DNA from: an uncultured bacterium
GTDB taxonomy: Bacteria; Bipolaricaulota; Bipolaricaulia; UBA7950; UBA9294
Reading direction: 5' to 3'
DNA length: 64,000 nt
Assembly (NCBI GenBank): GCA_903857865.1
Contig: CAIOGO010000022.1
Coordinates: 59,176-123,175 of the forward strand
Within the stretch, counting starts at the first letter, position 1. Every line of letters begins with the position of its first letter. Position numbers and translations under genes: made by a program. Positions 55,897-64,000 of the stretch are shown one piece after another. The notes beneath the pieces are model-generated. The model did not search any database. It saw only the letters and a program-made list of their open reading frames with translations, and was not told where the DNA came from.

Positions 55897-56790
55897 GTGA
55901 ACGCGATCCCCGTCTGGCTGCGGAATGGCAGGCTGATCGTTGCGGCGAGCGTCGTGATTGTCTGTACCGGCCTCGCCGTCGGGCTGTTCCTCACCTCGTA
56001 TGCGTCGGTCGTCCGATCGTCGTTTCACGAGCGCACCGTGACGTACGCGCAGGCGTTCGCGGCAACCGCCGGGTCATGGCTTGCGCGCGGTGACGTCGAC
56101 GTCGTCGAAACCCTGGCCCAATTCCTCGTTGCGGGTAGCGTCGTTTCCGTCGACGTCGTGGATCCCAGCGGGGTCGCTATCCACTGGGGCTCTGCGATCG
56201 ATGACGCGCCCGCCGGAAACCAGGACAGCGTCGCCGTCGTGCGTCGCGGACCTTCTCACGAGCGGTACCTCGATATCACGACGCCCATTGCGTCGTCTGG
56301 AGGGTACGTTCGCATGGTGGTGGACACGGCGTCGTCCGAGGCCGCGATCCGCCTTGCCGCGACGTTCGGAGCCGTCGGCGCGGTCGTGTTCGATGCCGGC
56401 ATCATTGGGCTCCTCGCGTGGGCCCTCCGAGGGCGACGTCGGGGCAACGTCGACGATGAGGCTTCGCCCGTCGAGGCCGCCGAGCAAGTCGTCGTCGGCG
56501 ATCTCGTCATTGTCCCCACCCGGTGCGCTGCGTCGTTCGCCGGACGGCCGCTTCGGCTGACGCCGAAGCAATACGCGCTCCTCACCGTGCTCGCGAGCGA
56601 GCCGGGGCGCGTGTTCAGCGAGGCGGAGATCCTGTCGGCGGCGTGGCCCGACTCACCCTACGCCGATGCTCGCGACATCAAGCAGTACGTGTACTTGCTG
56701 CGTCGCCGTCTGTCGGAGATCCGCCCCGACGGCCGCGAGGTCATCGTCACGGTTCCCGGCTTCGGCTATCGCCTGGAGGACGGGCGTTGA
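55897..56790 (+). CDS. membrane-anchored one-component regulator with C-terminal OmpR/PhoB-type winged-helix DNA-binding domain
   Basis: Two TM helices flanking a ~130-aa extracytoplasmic domain; C-terminal LRLTPKQYALLTVLASEPGRVFS…VPGFGYRLE trans_reg_C pattern. Confidence 0.6.
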   Translation: MNAIPVWLRNGRLIVAASVVIVCTGLAVGLFLTSYASVVRSSFHERTVTYAQAFAATAGSWLARGDVDVVETLAQFLVAGSVVSVDVVDPSGVAIHWGSAIDDAPAGNQDSVAVVRRGPSHERYLDITTPIASSGGYVRMVVDTASSEAAIRLAATFGAVGAVVFDAGIIGLLAWALRGRRRGNVDDEASPVEAAEQVVVGDLVIVPTRCAASFAGRPLRLTPKQYALLTVLASEPGRVFSEAEILSAAWPDSPYADARDIKQYVYLLRRRLSEIRPDGREVIVTVPGFGYRLEDGR

Positions 56791-56844
56791 CCGGCTGTTG
56801 ACCGAGAGGCGATGGACGAGGGAAGGTAAGACACGGAGGATGAC

Positions 56845-57399
56845 GTGAACGAACGGAGGTCGAAGATGAGACAGGCATGGACTGTGATTGCCGTGGCCGC
56901 GCTCCTCGCCGGACTCGCACAAGGGGCTCTCGGGCAAACGGAACCGCCGCAGCCGATCGAGCAACGCCTTGCGGGATTTGCCGACCGAATGCGCCTCAGC
57001 TTGTCCATGGCCTCCGTCGCTGTGTTCTCGCCGACCGTCAGCGACGCCCACGGGCAAGCGCAACGCCTAATCGCGCTCCTGCGAGGCGACGCGCGCGACG
57101 GGATCCCCGGGCTCGTTGCGGAGGCGGCACTGTTCGCGGACTGGATCGGCTCGCGCCCGTTCGACCCGGAGCCGAGGCGAGTCCTCCTTGGCGCTGCGAC
57201 GAACGTCCAAGCGCTCCTTCGCCTTGCCCTGGATGCGGCGATCGCGGCGAACCGGGATCGCGCGCTGGACAACGCGACGCAGGACCTTCTCCGCGTCTAT
57301 GCCTACCTCGTCGCCGCCTGGGGAAAGCCGATCGACGGAGTCGTCGTGCCGGGTCTCGAGACGTTGCTGCGCGGGTTTGGCGTTGCCGTTACCGCGTGA
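56845..57399 (+). CDS. secreted hypothetical protein
   Basis: Signal peptide (AVAALLAGLAQGALG); start may be 56866. Confidence 0.4.
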   Translation: MNERRSKMRQAWTVIAVAALLAGLAQGALGQTEPPQPIEQRLAGFADRMRLSLSMASVAVFSPTVSDAHGQAQRLIALLRGDARDGIPGLVAEAALFADWIGSRPFDPEPRRVLLGAATNVQALLRLALDAAIAANRDRALDNATQDLLRVYAYLVAAWGKPIDGVVVPGLETLLRGFGVAVTA

Positions 57400-57549
57400 G
57401 TGTCGGCGAATCCCGGGCGCGAGGGGCCCCTCCTTGAGGTGCCATCGGCGTGGCTGTTGCGCCTCCGGTGTTGCAGGTCCCGGGACGTTCGGCGAACGTA
57501 TCGCAGGCTAGCACTGGTTCGCGAGCCTACTCAGAGAGAAGGAAGGGAC

Positions 57550-58185
57550 ATGCTCACACTCATTGATCTCACCCGCCGGCTCACCGCGCGCAGCCTCTCC
57601 TACCCGGGGGATTGCCTCGGCGTCGAGATCCGCGTTGTCGATGCGGGCGACCCCGACGTGCACATGACGCACCTCGCGCACCTCGACATGCACCTCGGGA
57701 CTCACATGGACGCACCACTTCACTTCATCCCGGGGGCTTCCGACATCACGGATCTCGGCATTCCGTTGCGGCCGGCCATCGTCGTCCGATCCCGCGAGCA
57801 CTCAATCCCGGCCCGCGCACTCCCGGCGATTCCGCTGGAAGGCTGCGCGGTCCTGCTCGACACCGACTGGGTTGCGGACCCCGAGTCCCGCGCCTACTTC
57901 GAGGGGTACTCCCACATCTCGCCCGAACTGGCGCGCGAGCTTGTCTCTCGTGGCGCGGCGCTCGTCGGCATCGACACGCCGAGCGCGGATCCGCTTGACC
58001 CTGCGTTGGGCTGTCCGAGTCACCGGATTCTGCTCGGTGCGGGAATCCCGATCGTAGAGGGGCTCTGCAATCTCGGCACGCTGTCGAGCGCGCCGGGGAC
58101 TCTCTGGTTCGCTTGCTTTCCTCTGAAATTGGAGGGCGTCGACGGCTCGCCCGTCCGCGCCGTTGCGTTCACCGGGTCCCTCTAG
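57550..58185 (+). CDS. cyclase family protein (kynurenine-formamidase-like), second copy
   Basis: HLGTHMDAPLHF motif. Confidence 0.7.
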   Translation: MLTLIDLTRRLTARSLSYPGDCLGVEIRVVDAGDPDVHMTHLAHLDMHLGTHMDAPLHFIPGASDITDLGIPLRPAIVVRSREHSIPARALPAIPLEGCAVLLDTDWVADPESRAYFEGYSHISPELARELVSRGAALVGIDTPSADPLDPALGCPSHRILLGAGIPIVEGLCNLGTLSSAPGTLWFACFPLKLEGVDGSPVRAVAFTGSL

Positions 58186-58344
58186 GCTGTTCGGTTCCGG
58201 GAAGGCACTGCGGGCCACGTGCTGGCGTAGCGGTTGCGGTGCGTGCGCTGGCTCGTATACTGCGCCCGGGTTGTTGCGCCAGGACGGCGGGAGGGGCGGC
58301 TCTCGCGCGGAAGACGCCTCGCGCCGACTGAGACAGGAGGAACC

Positions 58345-59307
58345 GTGTCCGCCACAGAGACGCTGCTTCAGAAGATCGAAGCGTTGGGGTGGCGTGCGGC
58401 CGTCGTGCCGCACGCTCGGCGCGCCGAGGCGATCCACGCGATCGTCGAGCGCCACGAGAAGGGCGAGTTCGATGAAGCCTTCTACCAGGAGTACCTCGCG
58501 CCGATGTTCAGCGAGCCCCTGCCGGAGACCCCAACGCCGCGATCCGTGATCCTGGTTGCCGTTCCGGATCGCCCGGTGCGGATGCAGTTCACGCTCGACG
58601 GATCCCCGTTCACAGTGATCACGGCGCCCGGGTATCTGCGGGCGCCCGAGCCGCGGCCGTCCGTGGCGATTGCAGAGACCCTGAGCTCCTTCGGGTGCTC
58701 CGTCGCGCCCGCCCACGCGCCGCTCAAGACCTTGGGGACGATGTCGGGCTTCTCCCGCTACGGCCGCAACAACATCAGCTACGTCCCGGGTCTTGGCAGC
58801 TTCGTCGCGCTGGCGGCGTTCATCTCGGATCTTGACTGCGACGACGCGCCGGCACAGGCGCAAGAGACGCTGACTCGGTGCGGCGACTGCCATGCTTGCC
58901 GCGATGCCTGTCCGACCGGTGCGATCGGGGAAGATCGTTTCCTCCTTCACGCCGAGCGATGCATCACGTTCTGGAACGAGAAGTCGGGCGAGATCCCATT
59001 CCCGGAGTGGATCGAACCGCAGTGGCACAACGCGCTCGTCGGCTGCCTCATCTGCCAGCGCGCCTGCCCGGAAAACCGGCCGTTCCTCGATTCCTACTTC
59101 GAGGGCCCGTCGTTCGACGAGGCGACGACGCGGCTCCTGCTCGCCGGGGCGAAGAAGGAAGACCTGTCGGACGACGTGCGGCCGGCGCTTGAGGAGTGGA
59201 GGCTCGCCGACTTCCTCGACTATCTGTCGCGGAACCTTGGCGTGCTGGTGAAGAAGGAAGAGCTGCGCAGGACGAGAGGGCGATGCGGGAAAGGAGAGAA
59301 GACATGA
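58345..59307 (+). CDS. epoxyqueuosine reductase (QueG)-like 4Fe-4S protein
   Basis: CGDCHACRDACPTGAI and CLICQRACPEN ferredoxin motifs in QueG-like context (…RCITFWNE…); GTG start with an AGGAGG RBS. Confidence 0.6.
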   Translation: MSATETLLQKIEALGWRAAVVPHARRAEAIHAIVERHEKGEFDEAFYQEYLAPMFSEPLPETPTPRSVILVAVPDRPVRMQFTLDGSPFTVITAPGYLRAPEPRPSVAIAETLSSFGCSVAPAHAPLKTLGTMSGFSRYGRNNISYVPGLGSFVALAAFISDLDCDDAPAQAQETLTRCGDCHACRDACPTGAIGEDRFLLHAERCITFWNEKSGEIPFPEWIEPQWHNALVGCLICQRACPENRPFLDSYFEGPSFDEATTRLLLAGAKKEDLSDDVRPALEEWRLADFLDYLSRNLGVLVKKEELRRTRGRCGKGEKT

Positions 59308-59888
59308 CGACAACGGGAGTCCGCGGGACATTCGCCTCGGTGACGAGGCTCGTCATCCTGGGAATCAGCCTCGGGGTTTCCACCGCGCTCCGCTGGGTGC
59401 GCCTGTTCCCGAACAACGATCCGATCATGGCTGTGATGCTGCCCTGCGCGAAGCGGGGACGTGCCGCCGCCTTCGCGTTCCCTATCGTGGCGATGGTCCT
59501 ATTCGACATCCTGTCACGCAAAGTGGGGATCTGGACCGCCGTTACAGCCGGAACCTACGGACTCCTCGGCCTTGGTTTCTCCTTCGCCTACTCGGCGCTG
59601 GGGAAGCGCGGACGCCGCATCGGGGCTGCAACGTTCCTCGTCTCCGGCGTCGTCGGTGTCCTCGTCTTCGACTTCATCACCGGCCCGATCCTGTCGAGCG
59701 CCATGTTCCGCATGTCGTTCGCTCAGGCGTTCGTCGGGCAGATCCCGTTCACCCTCAAGCACCTTGCGAGCGTGTCCGTGTACGCCCTCGTCGTCAGCCC
59801 TGTCCTCGATTGGATGCTCGGGCACGTCGAGCGGGCCGAGGGCGCGATCGAACGGAGGCTCGCCCAAGCGGCGTCACGCAGTGTGTGA
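59304..59888 (+). CDS. membrane protein, possible ECF-type S-component / queuosine-precursor transporter-like
   Basis: 5-6 TM helices; ATGA overlap with the QueG-like gene; assignment speculative. Confidence 0.4.
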   Translation: MTTTGVRGTFASVTRLVILGISLGVSTALRWVRLFPNNDPIMAVMLPCAKRGRAAAFAFPIVAMVLFDILSRKVGIWTAVTAGTYGLLGLGFSFAYSALGKRGRRIGAATFLVSGVVGVLVFDFITGPILSSAMFRMSFAQAFVGQIPFTLKHLASVSVYALVVSPVLDWMLGHVERAEGAIERRLAQAASRSV

Positions 59889-59977
59889 GCGCGCTGCCGA
59901 GGAACTTCCCTAGAGTTCTCGTGTGACGTACATCACACGACGCGCCGCAGCGCGGCCGACTTAGTCGGCGAGGCCGA

Positions 59978-60604
59978 CTAGTCGGCGTACGGCTTGGCGC
60001 GCAGGCGGCGGGCGACGCCGTTTTTCTTCGCCTCTCGCCGCCACATGATGTTTCCGCCGATGCGGTAGAGCCACGCCGGCATCGCCTTGTTGGCGGCGAG
60101 GTCTGGGGCCGGTCTTCCCTCCGCAAGAGCCTTTCCGATCAGATCGAGCACCTCGTGGGCAGAGCCGCCGTACGTCTCGACGCCGCCGAGGGCGAGTCCG
60201 CCGAGCCAGCGCCACCCGACCTCCGCCGCGAAGCACTCGGCGATGGCGAGGGCCGTTGCATTCTGTTCGCTCTCCGGGAAGCCACACTGGATGATCAGAA
60301 GAATCCGTGTCCGCCCAGCGCCAACGCGCTGTTCGGCGATTCGCTCGAACAAGGCGATGACGGGCGCGGGGAACGAATCGACATAGAGCGGGAGTGACAG
60401 GACCACGAGGTCCGCCCAAGCCACCGCTGCCAGCGCCCGTTCCGTCTCCGTCGGCGAACGTACGACAGCGTGGACGTGGAGCTTGTCGGTCTCGAACCCG
60501 CGCTCCTTCAGGGCGTCGAGCAAGCGGCCGCCAAGACGGCCGGACGTGCTCTGCTCGATCCCCCGCGGACTGCCGACGAGCAAGAGAGCCTTCTTCTCGG
60601 TCAT
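59978..60604 (-). CDS. NAD(P)H-dependent FMN reductase / flavodoxin-like oxidoreductase
   Basis: LLLVGSPRG flavodoxin-like N-terminus. Confidence 0.65.
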   Translation of the reverse strand: MTEKKALLLVGSPRGIEQSTSGRLGGRLLDALKERGFETDKLHVHAVVRSPTETERALAAVAWADLVVLSLPLYVDSFPAPVIALFERIAEQRVGAGRTRILLIIQCGFPESEQNATALAIAECFAAEVGWRWLGGLALGGVETYGGSAHEVLDLIGKALAEGRPAPDLAANKAMPAWLYRIGGNIMWRREAKKNGVARRLRAKPYAD

Positions 60605-61161
60605 CGTGCCACCGCTTCAATGAGTCCGCGTGCGATTGCCGCAACATCGCTCGTTCCGTCGAGCGCAACAACGGCCGCCGCGGTGCGTGGGCTCCTCCAG
60701 TTGAGTGCGTTGTGCGCGACCAGAGTCTTGAAGATCGCTTCTGCCTCACGGTCCGGCTGCGGCAGAACGCCCAGCCCGATCAGGGAGGGGCAGCGCCGGT
60801 AGCGCCTCTGGTGGTGCGTTTCCCCCTGGACCCGTGCGAAGAACGGCGAGATGTTCGGGATGAACCGATCGACAGCCTTCTTCAGTTCGGACGAGAACCC
60901 GCCGAAGGTCACCGGGGTGACGTACGCGAGGAGATCGGAACGTACCGCCGCTCGCGCGACGGCCCTTCCGTCGTCGTCGATGACGCACTCGCCCGGCGTC
61001 TTGATCCAGCACCCGAAGCAGCCGAGACACGGGGCGATTGTCTTCTCGCGCAGAACGACGACCTCCGTCGCGTACCCCGCCTGAGCAAGTGCGTTCGTCA
61101 GCACAGCAAGAACGCCCTGTCCCTCCTCACCGCGAAACCCGTCGAGCACGAGTGCATTCAT
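60601..61161 (-). CDS. iron-sulfur flavoprotein (flavodoxin-like fold with Cys motif)
   Basis: CLGCFGCW motif; ATGA overlap with downstream gene. Confidence 0.6.
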   Translation of the reverse strand: MNALVLDGFRGEEGQGVLAVLTNALAQAGYATEVVVLREKTIAPCLGCFGCWIKTPGECVIDDDGRAVARAAVRSDLLAYVTPVTFGGFSSELKKAVDRFIPNISPFFARVQGETHHQRRYRRCPSLIGLGVLPQPDREAEAIFKTLVAHNALNWRSPRTAAAVVALDGTSDVAAIARGLIEAVAR

Positions 61162-61411
61162 CGTGTCGAGATCGTAGCCAAGGGACGGCGCACGGCCAAC
61201 AGGAGGCCCGGGCGTGGGATGCGACGTGCGCCATGGCGCGCACGCCAGGCCATGCGCTCACGCGGGATGCTCGCAGTCGGTCGACCATGGATGTATCGAG
61301 CGAGAGCGTAATAGCAGACAAGAACAAAGGACAGATGGGGAAAGCAGCGAAAGAAACAGGGGCACAACAAGTACATACTGTAGGCTGTAGTCTTTTCCAT
61401 GTCACCAGAGT

Positions 61412-62497
61412 ATGCTGAGGTTGCGTACGGTCGTGTGCGCAGGAGGCACGTTGCGCCGACGTTTTGGATCTGTCCGAATAGCTGCGTTGTTCGCGATCGC
61501 CGTGCTTGTTGGCGGGTGCACGCCGCCGGCGGATCCTCCCGCGGCAGAGGTAAGACTGTCCGTCTCCTTCCTGGATGTGGAGCAAGGCAACTGCATTCTG
61601 ATCATCGCACCGTCCGGAACGGCGGCCCTCGTCGATGCCGGAACCGGGCAGGATGGTGATGCCGCATCGGACACCGACGCAGTGGAGTTCATCCGCGCGC
61701 TGGCGTCCGCAACGGTCGGCTTCCGCCTTGAGTACGTCGTGGCGACTCACTACGACGCGGATCACATCGGGAAACTCGACGATGTGCTCCAGGCTGCGCC
61801 ATCCCTTGTGGCCGATGACTACCAGCTCTATACACGCCTAGGAGGGTGGGTGAAGACGGCGACTCCCTGCGAGGCATATGGCTACATTGAGAGCATCAGC
61901 GCTGACCATCGAGCCGCCATTGCTCCCTCCGACGTCATTGATCTGGGTGGCGGAGTCACTCTGACGTGCTACGCTGCGGGAGGCTCGTACTGGGACGGTA
62001 CGGGCAGCCAAACAGTGGCGCTCGCACCCACCGACGAGAATGGCCGCTCTATTGCGCTCATCCTCGCGTATCGCGATGTCAAGATGTGGTTCGGCGGAGA
62101 TCTGGGGGAAGCCGTCGAGGAAGCTTTGGCTCCGCATCTCCCTGACGTCGACGTGTACGCGGTCGATCATCACGGCTCCAACGGGAGTTCAGCCCCCAAC
62201 TTCCTCCAGGCGCTCAAGCCGGAGTACGCCATCTGCCAGTCAGGGCAGACCAACGGCCATGGGCATCCGAACGAGGAAGCCGTGAGCCGGATCTTGTCAG
62301 TCGTGACGACTGACGGCGTGTCACACCCGCAGTTCATCCAGCAGAACCACGCGAAGCCTGGCGATGTGCGGTCGGATGACAGCCTGGCTTCAGCTATCGC
62401 GGACCCTGATGGGAGCGGTCCTCTTCCAGGCACGATCACTGTCACTACAGACGGGTTCGACATGGTCGTCGCGTGGCCCGAATCGGTGGGCCCATAA
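61412..62497 (+). CDS. MBL-fold metallo-hydrolase lipoprotein (ComEC C-terminal-domain-like)
   Basis: Lipobox LVGGC; HYDADHIG and DHHGS metal-binding motifs. Confidence 0.6.
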   Translation: MLRLRTVVCAGGTLRRRFGSVRIAALFAIAVLVGGCTPPADPPAAEVRLSVSFLDVEQGNCILIIAPSGTAALVDAGTGQDGDAASDTDAVEFIRALASATVGFRLEYVVATHYDADHIGKLDDVLQAAPSLVADDYQLYTRLGGWVKTATPCEAYGYIESISADHRAAIAPSDVIDLGGGVTLTCYAAGGSYWDGTGSQTVALAPTDENGRSIALILAYRDVKMWFGGDLGEAVEEALAPHLPDVDVYAVDHHGSNGSSAPNFLQALKPEYAICQSGQTNGHGHPNEEAVSRILSVVTTDGVSHPQFIQQNHAKPGDVRSDDSLASAIADPDGSGPLPGTITVTTDGFDMVVAWPESVGP

Positions 62498-62615
62498 GAG
62501 CATCAACGGTGCGGAGCGACTGCAGGTGGTATGGGACGCGTGGCGGTTGCCGTTTGCATCGCGAGGACGGGGAGAACGCAGCCGGCCCCAGCACAGAGAT
62601 GCGGCCTGCGGCCGT

Positions 62616-63557
62616 CTAGCTTACCGCGCTATACAAGAGCTCGAGGAACCGCTCGCGACTCGCTTCGAGGACGACGTCCGCGTTCGGCTCGAGGCCGGTC
62701 ACGCGCAGGTGATCGACGACCGTCGCTCCGCGCGTCAGCTCGCTCTTCGTCTCGATGTCGACGCGCAGGCGCTTCACGATCGTGGCGACACTCGGATCGA
62801 GCGCCACGGCCATCGCGATCGGGTCGGGAAGGTCGAATCCCTCCTGTTTGAGGTAGCTCTTGCCGAACTCGCGCAGTCCCTCTTGGATGTCGACGCAGAA
62901 AGCCGCAAGGTCTGAGACCGCGTGGAGCCGTGCTTCGTCCTCCGGACTGAACCGTGCGTGCTTGTGCGACACGTCCCACCCCACCATCTCGATCGGCAGT
63001 CCCGACTCGAAGACGATCTTCGCCGCGTCGGGGTCGACCCAAATGTTGTATTCGGCCGCCGGGACGATGTTCCCGTACCCGAAGCCGATGCCGCCCATGA
63101 TGACGCAGCGCTCGACGTTCGAGGCGAGCGACGGATCGCGCAGGAGGGCCGCCGCAACGTTGGTGAGTGGCCCGAGGGTCACGAGCGTGAGCTTGCCACG
63201 GAAGCGGCGCACTGTCTCGAGCAAGACGTCGACCGCATGTCCCTCGGCCGGCACCCGTCCGATGAGAGGCAGGCCGATGTCGCCGAAGCCGTCCTGCCCG
63301 TGGCAGAACTGCGCCGTCTGCAGCGGGCGTAGCATGGGGCCGGCGATGCCGGCGTAGACGGGAACGCGTGCTCCGCATCGCTCGACGGTGTAGAGGGCGT
63401 TCTGCACACCGATCTCGAGCGGGACGTTCCCCGCGACAACGGTGATCGCCTCGACGCGGACGTCGGGATACTTGAGCGCCATGACGAGCGCCACCGCGTC
63501 GTCCGAAGCGGTGTCGGTGTCAATCACGAAGTGACGCACGGGAACCTCCTTGTACAT
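62616..63557 (-). CDS. inosine-uridine-preferring nucleoside hydrolase family protein
   Basis: N-terminal DTDTASDDAVA aspartate cluster; start at 63557. Confidence 0.8.
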   Translation of the reverse strand: MYKEVPVRHFVIDTDTASDDAVALVMALKYPDVRVEAITVVAGNVPLEIGVQNALYTVERCGARVPVYAGIAGPMLRPLQTAQFCHGQDGFGDIGLPLIGRVPAEGHAVDVLLETVRRFRGKLTLVTLGPLTNVAAALLRDPSLASNVERCVIMGGIGFGYGNIVPAAEYNIWVDPDAAKIVFESGLPIEMVGWDVSHKHARFSPEDEARLHAVSDLAAFCVDIQEGLREFGKSYLKQEGFDLPDPIAMAVALDPSVATIVKRLRVDIETKSELTRGATVVDHLRVTGLEPNADVVLEASRERFLELLYSAVS

Positions 63558-63656
63558 CCCTCCACCATAAGCGGGCCGGGGCCAGAGGCCAAGAGGGCGA
63601 CGAGAAAGGACTCCGCAATCATCCATCCAGTGGCCCTCTAGACAGGCTAGAGTGTC

Positions 63657-64000
63657 CAGTTTCACAGTAGTGTTTGCAGTCGGCGACGGCTGAGGGTTGG
63701 GAGAAGAGAGAGAGTCACCGAAGCAACATTCTCAGGAATCCGCCAAGAGACCTGGGAGGTAGCCCGATGACTCTCGAGGACAAGGTACACGCTTTCCGTC
63801 TGCACGTCCTGCGTCGAGCCGCGGAACTGGGAAACGTCAGCGCCGCCTGTCGTGAGCTGGGGATCTCGCACACCGTCTTCTACCGCTGGAAGAAACGGTT
63901 CTCGATGTACGGTGCCGATGGACTCCATCCGCGTCAGACGGGTACAAGACCTGGGCGCCCTCCTCAGTTGGGGACCATCAAGGAGCGACTGGTCATCGCC
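63657..64000 (+). mobile_element. IS481-family insertion sequence, 5' portion (transposase N-terminal HTH from 63763; runs off window)
   Basis: MTLEDKVHAFRLHVLRRAAELGNVSAACRELGISHTVFYRWKKRF… typical of the IS481 transposase N-terminus; left boundary estimated (tgtccagtttcacag…). Confidence 0.55.

Noticed and set aside
1-64000. tRNA, rRNA or other structured RNA genes
   Set aside because: No cloverleaf-like or rRNA-like conserved segments noticed by eye in intergenic regions; cannot be excluded without tRNAscan/Infernal.

Overview
High-GC (roughly 65-70%) bacterial chromosomal segment with mostly tightly packed genes, many with 4-bp ATGA/GTGA start-stop overlaps. No rRNA, tRNA or CRISPR array was recognised. 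Core content: an ABC-2 exporter pair, a class III nucleotide cyclase, purB-guaB, a 6-gene bidirectional [NiFe] hydrogenase cluster (hoxU-Y-H-W plus separate NuoE-like and NuoF-like genes), archaeal-type apgM, two-subunit class I fumarase plus malic enzyme, pstSCAB with a convergent AbrB-PhoU regulator, a xanthine-dehydrogenase-family CoxM/S/L operon followed by fdrA and a DUF1116 (ylbE-like) gene, flotillin, S10 carboxypeptidase, a QueG-like gene and a nucleoside hydrolase. Accessory content: (i) a translationally coupled 4-gene minus-strand operon at 3567-8879 (IPTL-CTERM-type substrate, minimal exosortase-family protein, small polytopic membrane protein, ~1030-aa secreted protein with a T9SS-type C-terminal domain); (ii) a lower-GC islet at 9.1-10.6 kb; (iii) a lower-GC island at about 36.4-44.6 kb with an HsdR-N/PD-(D/E)xK protein, an array of REP-like hairpins, two divergent direct copies of a ~180-bp element flanking a radical-SAM/SPASM gene, a RAYT/IS200-like transposase that truncates a higB-like toxin gene, higA, and two uncharacterised minus-strand genes; (iv) an IS481-family transposase at the 3' window edge. 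Several small repeat/hairpin families, a probable frameshift in a WD40 gene and an in-frame coding tandem repeat in the CoxS-like gene are also noted. Many long ORFs in the six-frame track are antisense or out-of-frame artefacts of high GC and were not called.
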